Assembly: GCA_023920165.1 (NCBI GenBank)
Contig: CP089277.1
Location: forward strand, 496,001-560,000
Length of the DNA: 64,000 bases
DNA from: Curvularia clavata
Taxonomy: Eukaryota
Direction of reading: 5' to 3'
Shown: positions 11,307-24,000 of the stretch, piece by piece
Layout: every line of letters starts with the position of its first letter
Position numbering within the stretch: position 1 is the first letter of the stretch
The notes under the pieces: generated by a model
Databases searched by the model: none
What the model was told of the DNA's origin: nothing
Seen by the model: the letters and a program-made list of their open reading frames with translations, nothing else
Position numbers and translations under genes: made by a program

Positions 11307-12218
11307 CTATACTTTTCCTAATGCCTTACAGTTGACGAAACCGAGTATCTTAGGCAGAACAACCGAAACATCTCCTTCAAAAAACCAATCCTCATCATTC
11401 CACTCGTTTTCATGTAGGTGACGTCGGTCAAGGTCAAAGATAGCTAGAGCTGCACCATATTCTCGCACCGTGCCCACCCATTCTGCAGCCGGGAAAACCT
11501 CCAAGCTTGTACCGACAGCAATCACCAGATCGATGTCTGTTTCTGCAATCCAATCATCTACGTTGTCAGGTGCCCCGGCTGCGAGCCTTTCACCGAACCA
11601 AACGACCCCTGGGCGTAGTAGATTTTCGCATGTGGGACATCGTGGAAGGTCGGACATGTCTATCGAGCGGGCCTGGTCACCAGCAACGGAGAGCAACATG
11701 AGAAGAGGTAAGTCTTCCGGCTTCTGGATGCGAGTTTGGTAATCACATGAAGTACATCTAACGAGTTGTAATGCGCCGTGAATGCTCAAGAGCTGTGATA
11801 TGGGATGGTTGGTGCGCTCAAGAAGTCCTGATGTGATGTTAACACATCAGCCACATATTTTCTTTTCAAGACGGATCTTTGTACCATCGACATTTTGGTT
11901 GACAGTTAGCCACCCGTCATGCCATCTAGCAAGAGTCGCCATGGCGTAGTGGGCAGCATTAGGCTGGGCAGCCAACGACTCAAGCAAGCGCTCGCCATAA
12001 AATCTCCATACGGTGACCGGATCCTCTTGGAAGCTTTTAGGTGAGGCAAGGTCCTTCACTTTGACGTCGTTCCAAAGCCCATTCGTCCCACGCCAAGTAG
12101 GTAGACCTGATGATGCGCTTAGTCCGGCGCCTACAACGCACAGAATACGCGGAGAACTTCTGAGCAACTTTGCGAAGGCCAAGCAAGCAAAATCATCCTC
12201 GTGGTTAGCGAAATGCAT
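11307..12218 (-). CDS. Sir2-family NAD-dependent deacylase, class III (CobB/SIRT5)-like; intron 11828-11884
   Basis: GAGLSASSGLPTWRG, NQNVDGL, IHG, CxxC..CxxC, LRPGVVWFGE and GTSLEVFPAA motifs. Confidence 0.9.
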
Positions 12219-13503
12219 CCTAGTTTTAGTGTAGAGCGTTTAGGTAAAGTCTGAAAGCACATGCCAGGGCTTCGAAAAGAACTAACTGCTTGATCCTGAC
12301 AGCGCTGCGCCAAGATCTTAGTGGTATTTACGCCTCAGGACCGTTGATTGGGGCACAAACCATGTACCTATTGGCTCCACAACGCTATTCTCGTGTAACC
12401 TGCCATCCTGCATTCTTGTCGCCGAAATTCTGCAAATCTGCAGAAATGGGCAGGCCCGATCTCGAGCGTTCTAGCGACTTTGCAGCAAATACATGCCCCA
12501 ATTTTAAGGCACCGGGCTTTTCTTCTTATCACCTAATTGCCACTTGATTTGGTGGGAAATTACCCACTTGAGGAGGCTCGCTCAGGACTGAACACCACAA
12601 CCACAATTTACCCAGTTGGCGAGCCAACTGCTTGAAGTGAGATGAATATCGCATTCCCACAGCTGAGAAAGAAGATCGAGGACGAGACCCGAATCGTAGC
12701 ACGTCCATGACGTATGGTAGAATGGCAAAAACGGTGCAGTCTGGCGAGGCGTTGCAGTTGCTTAGGAGCTTCCTAGCATGATGAGCTGCCCCGTTATTCC
12801 CCGGAGTGTTTAGCCACATCTAACCATAAACGGCGGTCACTGCCACACGTTGAGGCTGGATATGACGCTTGATCGTCAGAAGTGCACGGATCGGCGGCGT
12901 ATTGTCATAGGACTTGCGTATAGTGGTGTGGCTGGTGCGTATGTGATGTGGCTTGGCAGCCAAGTTTTTTCGTCCCGGATGACAACCGACGACCATGTGG
13001 CAGGAGAATGGTGGGACGACGCAGAGGAGAGTCTGCATGTACTAGGCACAGTCTAGAATTCGTCCGCATTTGGCGGTGGCATGCACCGTCTGTCTCCCCA
13101 TTCTGGCGTTACGCCTGCCATGGCCTCTGTCGTCCGCTCGCGCGGTGGCATGCGTCACTGACAAGACCCCTTCTAGGACAGTCGAAGGGATGAAAATGGA
13201 AGCGCGTCGTGAATTCTTGGATGCTTGGATCCTTGGTTTCGAATCGGATGTGTCGGACGTATGACGCCAGCCACAGTCTGGGTGTTGCTTGTGGCGCTAA
13301 AAACCGGCAGCGGGTGCGCGGCACCCTGTCGAACCTCACCAGTTACGTCATGCTGGTGTGGTCATGGGCTACCCCATCCCCTTCCATAAATACTCGTTGC
13401 ACGTCGACGAGTCTGTCATTCTCCATCCAGACACTTCTGCTTCGCTCTACACACTGAACTACTTCCCACCACTACCAAATACACCAGAAACAACACCATC
13501 AAC

Positions 13504-13801
13504 ATGCCTTTCACCGCTAGGTACGTGTTAGCCTGCGACACTCCCCTCTACACACACCTCTATGGACGTAGATGCTAACGGAAACCAGCGACATCTGCAA
13601 GATCCTTCTTGCCATCATCCTCCCACCTCTAGGTGTCTTCCTCGAGCGCGGCTGCGGCGCTGACTTCCTCATCAACATCCTGCTGACCATTCTTGGTTAC
13701 ATTCCGGTGAGTTCCGCTCATGCACCTCGCCTGGCCCATGCATCGCTAACAGGACTCGACAGGGTATCATCCACGCCCTCTACATTATATTTAAATTCTA
13801 G
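13504..13801 (+). CDS. PMP3: Plasma membrane proteolipid PMP3 (57 aa); introns 13521-13588 and 13707-13762
   Basis: Spliced product MPFTASDICKILLAIILPPLGVFLERGCGADFLINILLTILGYIPGIIHALYIIFKF. Confidence 0.93.
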
Positions 13802-14504
13802 TCGAGGCGCGGACGAATCTCTACGATGCCGCCCGCGATGACGGCGTGACTCTTATGTCCAATCACGATACCCATCTTTCCTTTTGTTCGGCAATGCCAA
13901 AGCCTTCCACCTAGTTCGACTGGCAAACATCTCTCGACACCTTGCTATGCTGGGTTATTCTCGACATGGGTTTCTTCGGGTGATGCGGACCACGACGGCT
14001 GCGCCGGTTGGACTTTGAGCATATGATGCTCTAATGACCTGCTTTGTACGATGGCGTCCCTGACTTCTTGGGTTACTTTTTGGTTTGCTTATAGCATCCT
14101 GGAGCATTCCGAGGAGCATAGTATAATAGGAACTTAATCGAGCATTCTTACACACTACGCATGTCTCCGTCTCGTTGTAACTGCAAACTTCCATAAAATT
14201 ATTTTCAACAACTTGTGTGAAAACATCTACGCTGAACAAACAAAATGAAAATTTCATCTTCAAGACACTGCTCTTGCCAATATTGGGCATGCAATGGGTG
14301 TTGAACGCGTTCAAATCGCCTACTCTGTGTATGGTTAGTTTGGCTTATGCTTGGCACGGGCCCCCCGTTCTTTCCAAGGTTTACGTGTTGTGCACCTCGA
14401 CCCACGACATGGCATCTTGCCCACGCCGAACCTATGTATTCCCTTCAGTGCTTACCGCTTTACTCGTCTTACCCCTATCCTTCGACGCGCAGGGCGCGAT
14501 ATAA

Positions 14505-15665
14505 ATGCCGCCCAATATGAGCTACCTGACCGCTACTCTCACCAATGCCGAAATCAACCTTATCAGCGACCCAAACCGACCGTGCTGTGATGCGATCCGC
14601 GATCTAGACATGCTTTCGCAATCGATGCGCATAAATGCAGACCCATTCGAGGAATCTCTAAGAATTAAGAATACGGTCGACGCATTTGAACGGAGAGCGA
14701 CAGTGGAGCCGAGTTTGGAGGTGCTGGCAGTTATTCTGAACTGCGAATACAAACTCTGGAAGTTGAACGAGGATACTCCACTTCGATTCAAGCCTTTCTT
14801 GTCGCATTGGATCGGTGCGCTCCTAGCCATCGATGAGCAGCTCGCTGCGTGGCAGCTTGATACGAACACGAATAGCCACACGAAGAATACTGTCACGACG
14901 GATGAGATATTGCGAATTAGAGCAAGGTGTATCAAGGGTCTCCTGGCAGACAGACCACTGTCTTCAAAGGAACCGATTTGGCGTGCGTACCAGCGAATGC
15001 TTGAGAACGAGGCCTCGCTGCTCGACTTCGACCTCATACCGTATATGCAGATGCTTGTAGAGACAGAGGTCTGGGATAGGTTGCCAGAGGCACGAACACG
15101 AAACGCAGAGAAGCATGTTCAAAATGGAGTGCCCAACTCTAAGGAAAAGAAAGAATTGCTCAAAGACGAGTCGCAAAGAGTCAATGGCTCAGAGTCATGG
15201 GAAGAAGGTATGCTCCGAAAGCTTAGGGAAGCACCTGACGAGGCTGTGGAAGAACTCTCGCATCTACCTCTCGAGATTTCGTCTCTCGATTATCTCACCC
15301 GACTTCTTGTTGATGATACCTTCAAGGAGGTCGGTGTCGACGGTCCAAACATCATCCTCCGGTTTATACAGCACGCGTTGCGACTCGTAGAAGCGATGGG
15401 GGCGCCTCCGCCAACCTCAGAGTTGACAGCTAACGGTACCAACCACGGAGGAGAAAATGGCCCTTCAATCGTTGAATATGGAAAGGAAGCGCAGACGCGT
15501 GCTATCAGTATCCTACTGTTATTCATCAAGAGCTCGATGAGCAAAGGAAAACTGGACGCTGGTCTGCTTATCTTTGAGATCCAGGAGATATGTATTAGGT
15601 ACTTGTGGATGAAGGAAGTTCGCGACTTTCGAGCGTGGATAGAGCAAGGACCTTTGGATGATTGA
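14505..15665 (+). CDS. Divergent CCR4-NOT subunit 11 (CNOT11/DUF2363)-like protein, 386 aa
   Basis: Intronless ORF. The C-terminal pattern LSHLPLEISSLDYLTRL..RFIQHAL..QTRAISILLLFIKS..FEIQEICIRY resembles the CNOT11 C-terminal domain as I recall it. Confidence 0.65.
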   Translation: MPPNMSYLTATLTNAEINLISDPNRPCCDAIRDLDMLSQSMRINADPFEESLRIKNTVDAFERRATVEPSLEVLAVILNCEYKLWKLNEDTPLRFKPFLSHWIGALLAIDEQLAAWQLDTNTNSHTKNTVTTDEILRIRARCIKGLLADRPLSSKEPIWRAYQRMLENEASLLDFDLIPYMQMLVETEVWDRLPEARTRNAEKHVQNGVPNSKEKKELLKDESQRVNGSESWEEGMLRKLREAPDEAVEELSHLPLEISSLDYLTRLLVDDTFKEVGVDGPNIILRFIQHALRLVEAMGAPPPTSELTANGTNHGGENGPSIVEYGKEAQTRAISILLLFIKSSMSKGKLDAGLLIFEIQEICIRYLWMKEVRDFRAWIEQGPLDD

Positions 15666-17023
15666 ATGCTGTGCAATGTAAAATTGGGCACCAAGGAGAC
15701 TCGACGGTGAACGGGACGGCGAATCGGCTTCAGCGCAAACCGGCCACAGGAACACGAGCTTCCGACTAATGCCAAGGTGTTTAGAAAGGAAATGTTTAAA
15801 GAAGTGTTGAGTTGAGGTCCATGTTGGTGTAACATCGATGCGGCTGGCTGGTATGCTGCGAAGTTGAAGGGTCGGGATGTGCTGATCCGCAACGCTTGCG
15901 GTGTGGCAAAGCTCACGGCACCGGATGAAACTTGCAAATGTCCATATGCTTGTAGAGAATGAAGGATACACCCAGAAGCCTTCCTAGTCATCATTGAGAC
16001 ACATCTTTACCACTCTTGGCGCGGCTTGGAACGTTTCGGGAATAGCCGGAGATAGCAGTTAAACCAAAGAAGCAAACGACGCTAGTCTACGACCGATTCC
16101 AAACTTTGGAGTTTCAACCTTTGATACTGAAACCATCACCATAACCTTGCTACTAGACGCCGACTTCGGGGCCAACCGTTCAGCACTGGATGATCTCAAA
16201 CAAGAATTGCTTTTGATCTTCATCTTATTGAAGAATATACCCTCAGACTATGAACAGAACCTCGCAAAGTTGGAATGTCATAACAATTGTAATGCAAGGT
16301 AATTTTGCCTATAGCGAAACGATATCCTGACAGACATGTTTGGATTGCCAAATCTGGCACAAAACGTGCCTGATGATACGCATCTGCAGTCAGATGCCAA
16401 ACATTCATGCACTCCGCGCACCGAGGCAACAGGATAGCTCCAATCTTCTACCTGTATGGCTAGATTCGGGATGTGCTTGACTGACTCTCTGGAGAAGATC
16501 GTCCCGCGCGGGTATCTTTAGCACGCTTGGCCACACCGGAGCCACCATGACCATCGTTCGACCTACACCGTCTCAGCTCTTCGTCAAGCATTCGCGCCCG
16601 AGGTACCACAGCCGCGATTTTGCCCCATCGTCGTGTTTGGGCACCGCAACAAGGAGGCGTTTCTGTTCTGCACACTATTCATCATCCTTGGCAAACCAGA
16701 AACCGGGGCTGGCGAATGCTTGTCTGCAGCTAAGCTTCCAGCCCATGACGAAATCTTGGGCAGACTAGAGAAACAGAGTATATAAGACCATGTGCACATC
16801 ACCCCAAGAACTTTCGATATCAGCATCACTCAAGTATTCAATCAACCAGACTCGCATTTCTTCTCATTTCTTCTCTTTCTTCTACTTAATTCACTTCCAT
16901 CACCTTCTAATTACTATTACTTGCGCCGGACGCTTGCTATACTCTCACAAAAACTTTTAAAATCTCCTCGAACAAATCACCCTTGTAAATAACCAACACC
17001 TCTTATATCTCATCACCATCAAC

Positions 17024-18037
17024 ATGCGTTACTCTCTCGCCTTCGTCGCCGCCATGGCCGCTACTGTCTCCGCCCACGGAGTCGTCACTGAGATCCAGGG
17101 TGCCAACGGTGTCAACATGCCCGGTCTTTCCGTCGCTGATGGCACTCCCCGTGACTGCCCTACTCCCGGTTGCGGTTCTGAGGCCGATACTTCCATCATC
17201 CGTACTAGGGAGATGGGCGGAAAGGCATCGGCTCTTGGACGTACCAAGGCTGGTCCTGTCGACGCTGGTGCGGCTATTGCTAAGTTCATGGGTACTGGTG
17301 GTGCTGCTGGCGGTGCTGCTGCTGGTGGAGCTGCCGCTGGTGGAGCTACCGCTGGTGGAGCTACTGCCGCTACCAAGGGTGCTGGTGCTGCTGCTGGCAA
17401 GGGTGCTGGAGCCGCTGCTGCTGGCGGTGCCGGTGGTGCTGGAGGCCTTGCAGGTCTTCTCGGTGGCCTCGGTGCCAACAAGCGTGGTCTCCTTGATGCC
17501 CTCACTGGCGGTGCTGGTGGTGCTGGCGGTGCTGGCGGTGCTGCTGGCAAGGGCACCAAGACCCCCAAGGGCACCAGCGAAACTGGTGTTGCTGCTTCTG
17601 CAGGTGCTGGAGCTTCCTCTGGTCTTCCCACCACCGCCGACGACGGCACCATCACCATGACCTTCCACCAGGTCAACCAGGACGGAGCTGGTCCTCTGAC
17701 TGCTCAGATCGACGCTACCTCTGGTGGCACCGACCCCGCTGCCTTCAAGGACGCTCAGGTCATGCAGAACGTCCCCGGTATTGGTATCGGTGGTCTGTCT
17801 GCTGCCTCCACCACCGACTTCCCCGTCAAGGTCCAGATGCCCGCTGGCATGACCTGCCAAGGTACAGCCGGAGGTGCCAGCAATGTCTGCATCGTCCGCA
17901 TGCAGAACAGCGCGCTTGCCGGTCCCTTTGGTGGCTCTGCTGCTTTCACCCAGAGCGCCGCGGCCAAGAAGAGGGCTATCGAGTACAACCTCCGCAAGCG
18001 CCACATGGCCCGCGGTATCTTGGGCAAGCCCGAGTAA
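17024..18037 (+). CDS. Secreted Egh16/GAS1/CAS1-like (DUF3129) protein with Gly/Ala-rich insert
   Basis: Signal peptide followed by HGVVTEIQGANG, EADTSIIR, MTFHQVNQDGAGP and CIVRMQN..AGPFGG. Strong codon bias. Confidence 0.88.
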   Translation: MRYSLAFVAAMAATVSAHGVVTEIQGANGVNMPGLSVADGTPRDCPTPGCGSEADTSIIRTREMGGKASALGRTKAGPVDAGAAIAKFMGTGGAAGGAAAGGAAAGGATAGGATAATKGAGAAAGKGAGAAAAGGAGGAGGLAGLLGGLGANKRGLLDALTGGAGGAGGAGGAAGKGTKTPKGTSETGVAASAGAGASSGLPTTADDGTITMTFHQVNQDGAGPLTAQIDATSGGTDPAAFKDAQVMQNVPGIGIGGLSAASTTDFPVKVQMPAGMTCQGTAGGASNVCIVRMQNSALAGPFGGSAAFTQSAAAKKRAIEYNLRKRHMARGILGKPE

Positions 18038-21000
18038 AGAAAGAAAGCCTGATCATCTGCTTTTCTTTCTTGTACTCCTCTACACCGATGCTCGCTTTCC
18101 CTCCCCTCTTCCCCCTCTTCTTCCGGTGTCGATACAGTGGTTTGTGTCAAGAGATGGATACGTACACAAAAGGGTAATATAATGTGGTAAAGAGAGATAG
18201 CTGGTATGGCACAACGCATGAAAGCGGGGCAATTCCACTGGTAGGAAAGGGAAACAAAGGGTGTTTGTGAGAGGAAGGTCGAAAAGGAAGTACTTCATTT
18301 ATTGTTTTTCTTTTATCTTTGAACAGGAAGCGAGGGGATAGAGGCCCCCTTCCTTGTACATAACTGACCTATCATACACTCATTTACTTGAGTTGTTGTT
18401 TTTGTTTGTAATTAGATGGTGGATGGAGTGGGTGGAGTGGTTCTCCCTGGACGGTAATGATGGGGGGAATGGCAGAGAGAGGAAACTTGTATATAGATGA
18501 GTGAATCGCGAGTCTGGTTTTCAAAAAGCTGTGTCTATTGCTGCTTGCTGTGTGACGACGATCAAAGCTCAGAGCGTTTCGTCTTGTTGAAGTACATGAT
18601 TCGGTAGTTGAGCACTCTTTATATAACAGCAAGTTCTTCATGCTTTCCAGTGTTAATAGTAGTCTTTATACAGCTCCCTTGCTGAGTTGACACAAAGAAG
18701 TTAATCTCCAGAGTAATACCGACATGACTACAAATTCAGGCTTATGTGCGTCAAATAATGAACTGGGGGTAACATGGTAAGTGGACAATTCACCGGATAC
18801 TGAGCTATCAGTATCAGCATTAAATGTCAGTTGAAATACTCCAAGTTTCTCCTATATGCTGACGAGGCGTCTGTGATCGGGTTTTAAATGCCTTGAAACA
18901 GTAGAATGGATTCACAAAACACAAAATCCGCCGTGTATTTGAGACAGTACCACGTCGCACTTGCGCTATGAGTAACGTGCTAAATGCCCCTAACAATGAC
19001 AAGGCAGCATACGGAATCTTGACGCACATGGAGCCAACTCAATTTCCTGCAATCCGCTTGGACAGCAAACCAATGGCAGATATCCGGGCAGGTGTATACT
19101 TGAACACAACAGCGGATTCGCGGATCTTGCTCAGCTCAATACTTTCTGCATAGTCACACTCAATGTCGAAAATCAGCTAGGAGGATTATCTAGTTCCAGG
19201 AGTGGGACAATGGCCAGGGAAAAAAACTACCCGGTCTACCGCGGCATATCGAAAGCTGAACAGGACCGTATGTAAAAACATGCCGTGCATGCTAACAGAT
19301 GTCGTGGCTATGAATCCCGGGGTAGTGGGTTCCAATGAAGAAAACAAGTTATTGCATGCCGCTTCCCTGCCCATTTTATCAAATCCTGGAAGTCCGGCAA
19401 AGCCCCATGTCAGTATCACAGCATCTCTCCACGAAATCCAAGCTCTTTCTCCACATTTGAGAAGAGGTAGAAAATTCTACCAAGATGAGCCGGGCTGTTA
19501 TGACTGACTTGTTATAACGCAGACAGACGGCCCTTCTTTGTCTAAGCGGTCCGATTGCAAACTGCCGGGCGCATTGGCCCAGCTTAAATTGTTTGCGGCA
19601 TGTCGAATTTGACGTCAAGCATCCAGCAATCGAGATGAGCAATGCCACGACGGCGGTTTGTTGTTGATATTTTCAAGAAACATGACCGGAGGATGGGCTG
19701 AATTAGGGTAGTTAGAAGCGGACCGGACCACTTCAATGCTCTTTCTGGCAGGTACCTAGGTATCATCCCATGTTGCCAGAGATCAGGTTTCGCTTATGGA
19801 ATTTGCCTTTGGCCATGTTCTCTCCACCATAACCTTCAAACCCAGAAAAGTTCTGTGTCAGCTTACTCATCCTTACCGAGTGCATTGCGTGTTCGCATTG
19901 TGTTTGGCTTCTTCATGCAGAACAAGAGGTGCATATGTTCCCCTAGGATACAATCAATCTTCATGCTGGGTTTGTCCATGCCGACCTGCACAATGTGTAG
20001 GTATGTGTGCCGCGAGTCGCGCCAATTGTACAATACATATTCATTGCAAGGGACGAATGATTGACGAATGCCGCGGGCGTCACAGCCGGGCCAACCACAC
20101 AAGGGTATATGCTGGCATCGACATGGTGGCAGATGAGCCGCTATGCAACTAGCCGACACTCCAAGATACCGAAGGTGTGTCCACGCCATACTGCATACGC
20201 AAGCATTCGTTGGGAGAGGGCTATGTCTTGCAGATCTACGCTGATGCAGAGCACAGTTTGGCGTTGATTCGTAGTTGCAGAGAGTTAGATGGGACGCCAT
20301 GTCGGTGAGGACAGGTTAACCCCTACACATCCAGTCATGATGTGCGCCATCAATCGCGGGGTGCCAGGTGGTACAAATGTGGAGATGCGAAAGTCACTCC
20401 TCGATATGCGTCCGCGGCCGTTTGGTGTGGAGACGGCTGTATATCCCAGGGCGACCACGAGGCCATTGATCGCCTGCAATGTGACGAGAAAGGTCAAAAG
20501 CTACATACTTGTAGGTGAATTGAGGAAGGTCGGACAGCGGGGTTGGGTGCAATATACTTGGCGGTGGTACAGATGTTCATGCTGCGGGCTGACTCGATTG
20601 TTTCCTTCACCCCAACCAGTAGCGCCTCTAAACAAAAGGGGCCTAGCTGCGCACGGACTCTCCCGCACCCTAGCGATCGATGGCCAACGCCGTGTGACGT
20701 AGTTGCTTTTACAATCGTCATGTTGACTTCTCGATCTCAACACCCTCCGCTGTCAGTACATGTGGGGGGGAGATTGTCGTTTTTGAAACAGCCCTCCGAG
20801 TGCCGAGGGAGAAGAAGGCATGTTCCTGGAGACAAGCGACCGGCGAACGCTTGGACCTCGTGCTTTTTTTTTGATTGCACTGCAAGGAGTTCGGCAACCT
20901 GCCATGGCATGCCAGCATTACGCTGCAGTGGCGCCACAAACCGTCATGGCAGTGAATGGAGCTGCAGGTCAAAATAGCGTGCCAATGCTCAAGCAGATAA

Positions 21001-24000
21001 CATCGCAGAAGCACAAGCGGTGAGACGATAAAGACGGCAAGTGAACGGCTCCATGCAGCATGTCGCCTTTTGGCAACAGGTAGTGGGCGGCTCAGATCGC
21101 TAGCGTATGCTAAAGTAAGTGTCGAACGGCGGAAGAAATCAGAAGGAAGGTTGAGACGAGTATCGGCGACAATTGGTATTTACCCAGCGGCATGTACCTA
21201 GGGCGCTTACTAGGTTAAGGCCGACATGTCGTCCTTGTCCTTTCAAGCGAGGCTAACAAGCACTCCGTACTCATATACGAAGCGCTCGTAACAGCAACGA
21301 AAGCGATTTAGCATGCCCCATATATAGAATAGGGGCACAGTGGTCACTTTCATGTCATCCAAATCATCAACGTCTCCGAAAAATACGCGATGAGAACGCC
21401 AAGAGAACGATGATGAGATCTCCATGACCCTGATCTTCGACTTGGTCATTGCAACCTAACTTCGGCATGCTGCGGACATGACGGTTCAAACGCGCTGATC
21501 TTGGACGCTCGCATTGCGACTCGTCGACGGAACATGTGATGCAGTGCAGTCCTCATTCACGGCGAGAAAATTACCTCAACAACTCCATCCTAACCGAATG
21601 TTCTACTTGGCGCACCAACATAACTCGTCCACCTACCAAGCGCTACGACACCGAAACTCATCTTACCCTGCATTTGGACTGTGCTGCACAAGCCAACCTC
21701 CCCCACATACATGGCATTCTTCGGCACCCCCGTTCCGTTACGGGCGGAGGAGACACCAACACACCATGACAACGCTGGTACCAACCGCGCCAGCACGGCC
21801 ACCAATTGATGGGGCTGCATTGTTATCTAGGCGAACACCACCAAGAGATGCAGGGACGGACGTTGGACCACAGCCAAAGATTCCGCAAAAGGAAGACCCC
21901 CTTTCTCCATTGTAGCTGGTCTTGCAGTTGAACAGTGCATCGCTTGAGCGAATATAACCGTATAACCCAAAGGGGAAAATAGGCAACCGTTTCATCCCTC
22001 GATCGTACGAGGACGCAGAGGACACCTACGGCGCTGGCCATGACAGTGTCGCGAGTATATGCTAGTCCTAGCGCACTCGGACAAGACATCATGCACAACG
22101 ACGTCGCTGTGCATTCTGCCCCCTCGCCTTTACCGGACGGAATGAGCAAACAAAGCGAGGGTGCCCAAGCCGCAACGTTGTCTCTTGTTATGAGCCTGAT
22201 AGGATAGCTTGTATAGTTTCTTTTCGTGGTGCGAATACACACATACCACGTACGGTTGATAGACCCACATACACCAACAGTCTCTCTATGCTTTCCCAAA
22301 GACAGCAACACGGCACGATGATCATGCCATGGCGGCTATATCCAAGGATGTGATATGCAGCGAGGGATAAGAAATTGCAGGAGATTTGTACCAACGGCGT
22401 CTGTTAGTATCTTTGTTACTCGGTCTCCCTCCCTGTTCTGGTCTTTGTTCATGTTCTGTCTGCGATTGAACCAATCTATGGTAAATTAAAGTGAGCAACA
22501 TATACCAACAAACAAAGACGCAGCATCAGAGGACGCTAGAGACGATCAAATCAAAAGCAATGGAGAACAGAACAAGCCTAGTTATTACCGCTACATGCGA
22601 GACCACCGTGCATGCATACCACACATACCCTACTGCACGCGATCGTGAGGCGCCCGCAGAAAAAAAAACCACTTCAGGGTCCGCTTCGAGGACCCCGTTT
22701 TTTTCTTTGTTTGTTGTTGTTGTTATCAAACATGTCCAAACTTACTCATTTGCCTCACCCTTTTCTTGAATGTTCCGAAAGAAATTAAGTGGAGAAGCGA
22801 TGGCGAGTCGCTTATTGCAGTTGAACTTATCTGTCTGTTGGTTGGTTACATGGTGGATATGCTACGGGTGCAAGTACGTAGATTCGGCAGCCACGACGAC
22901 GGCGGGTCGCGCTTAGCGCCACATCGTCACGTCCACTTCCGCTCAGATGTACATACCGCGCAAAAGTAAGAGTACATACAGACGGGCCGAAGGGAGAAAG
23001 AAAAAGTAAAAAGTCTAATCTGCCATGTATGTATGTCCATGATGATGAGAAGAAGAACATGACATTCTGTAATTTACCCTCCCGCTTTCCCGTAACATAA
23101 CCACGCACATCCTGTGGACGGGAGCCAAACCCGCGGGGCTGCTGCGTACACGGCCCATTCAATCAAAACCCATTCTAGCGCCCAACTAAAACCATAACAC
23201 TTGACTGCCGAATCTACCGAGCGATGCGCTCTGTGCGCGTGGTCCATGTTTTTTTTGGTTTCCACCAAACAAGCTCGCAGCAAGGTTTATCGGGGGCGTT
23301 TATTCGTCTAAGCAGCGGCTGACTTGACTACATGACTTGGTGGCACATACAGTCCATATACGAGAGAGCGGGCGAGGGGTCCGAGGAAAAGGAAGGCTAG
23401 GTAAAGTGGGGGGCTGGGGCTGCAAGTTGGGTTGATCAGGGTAGGGATGGGAAGGGAACGGGGTCCGGCTTGACTTGGATGTGTGTGTGTTTGTGTGTGT
23501 GTGTGGTGGGTAAAGGACGTGTGGAGAGGGACGGCTAGCGCGGCATCTCACGTGGTGAGACTTTATGCTGTGAGGGTGGGTAGCGCAAGGCTATGTGTTG
23601 ATCTTCTGAGGCCAAGCGAATGAGGGAGGGTGAGTGTGGCGAATACTTGTGTTTGGGTGTGTCTGAGATGGCATGAGGATATTTTGCTTAGGAAGAAAGG
23701 CACATTTTTGCAATGGAGTATCTGCAACTTGCATTGGCAGGGTTGATTTTCGCTACCTGTGTATGTATCGAGAAGAGGACAAAAAAAAACAGACCCGTCA
23801 TCTGTCCAGCTCGACACTGTATACAGTGGAGCGCTTGCAAGAGTTGAAGCTAAGGACAGGCGGGATGCAATACATGATCAGGAAATTCAAAAGGAAAAAC
23901 AATAACAGTCGGGTATTTGACAAGAGAGAAAGCGACCGATGCCACGCTCCAGCACTTGGAGGTGAAGAGACTAGGAGAATCTGGCGCATGTGTGTCCATG

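Noticed and set aside
17003..18004. 333-aa antisense ORF over the Egh16-like gene, and similar antisense ORFs over RPL5 and SPE3
   Set aside because: Expected by-product of strong codon bias on the sense strand.
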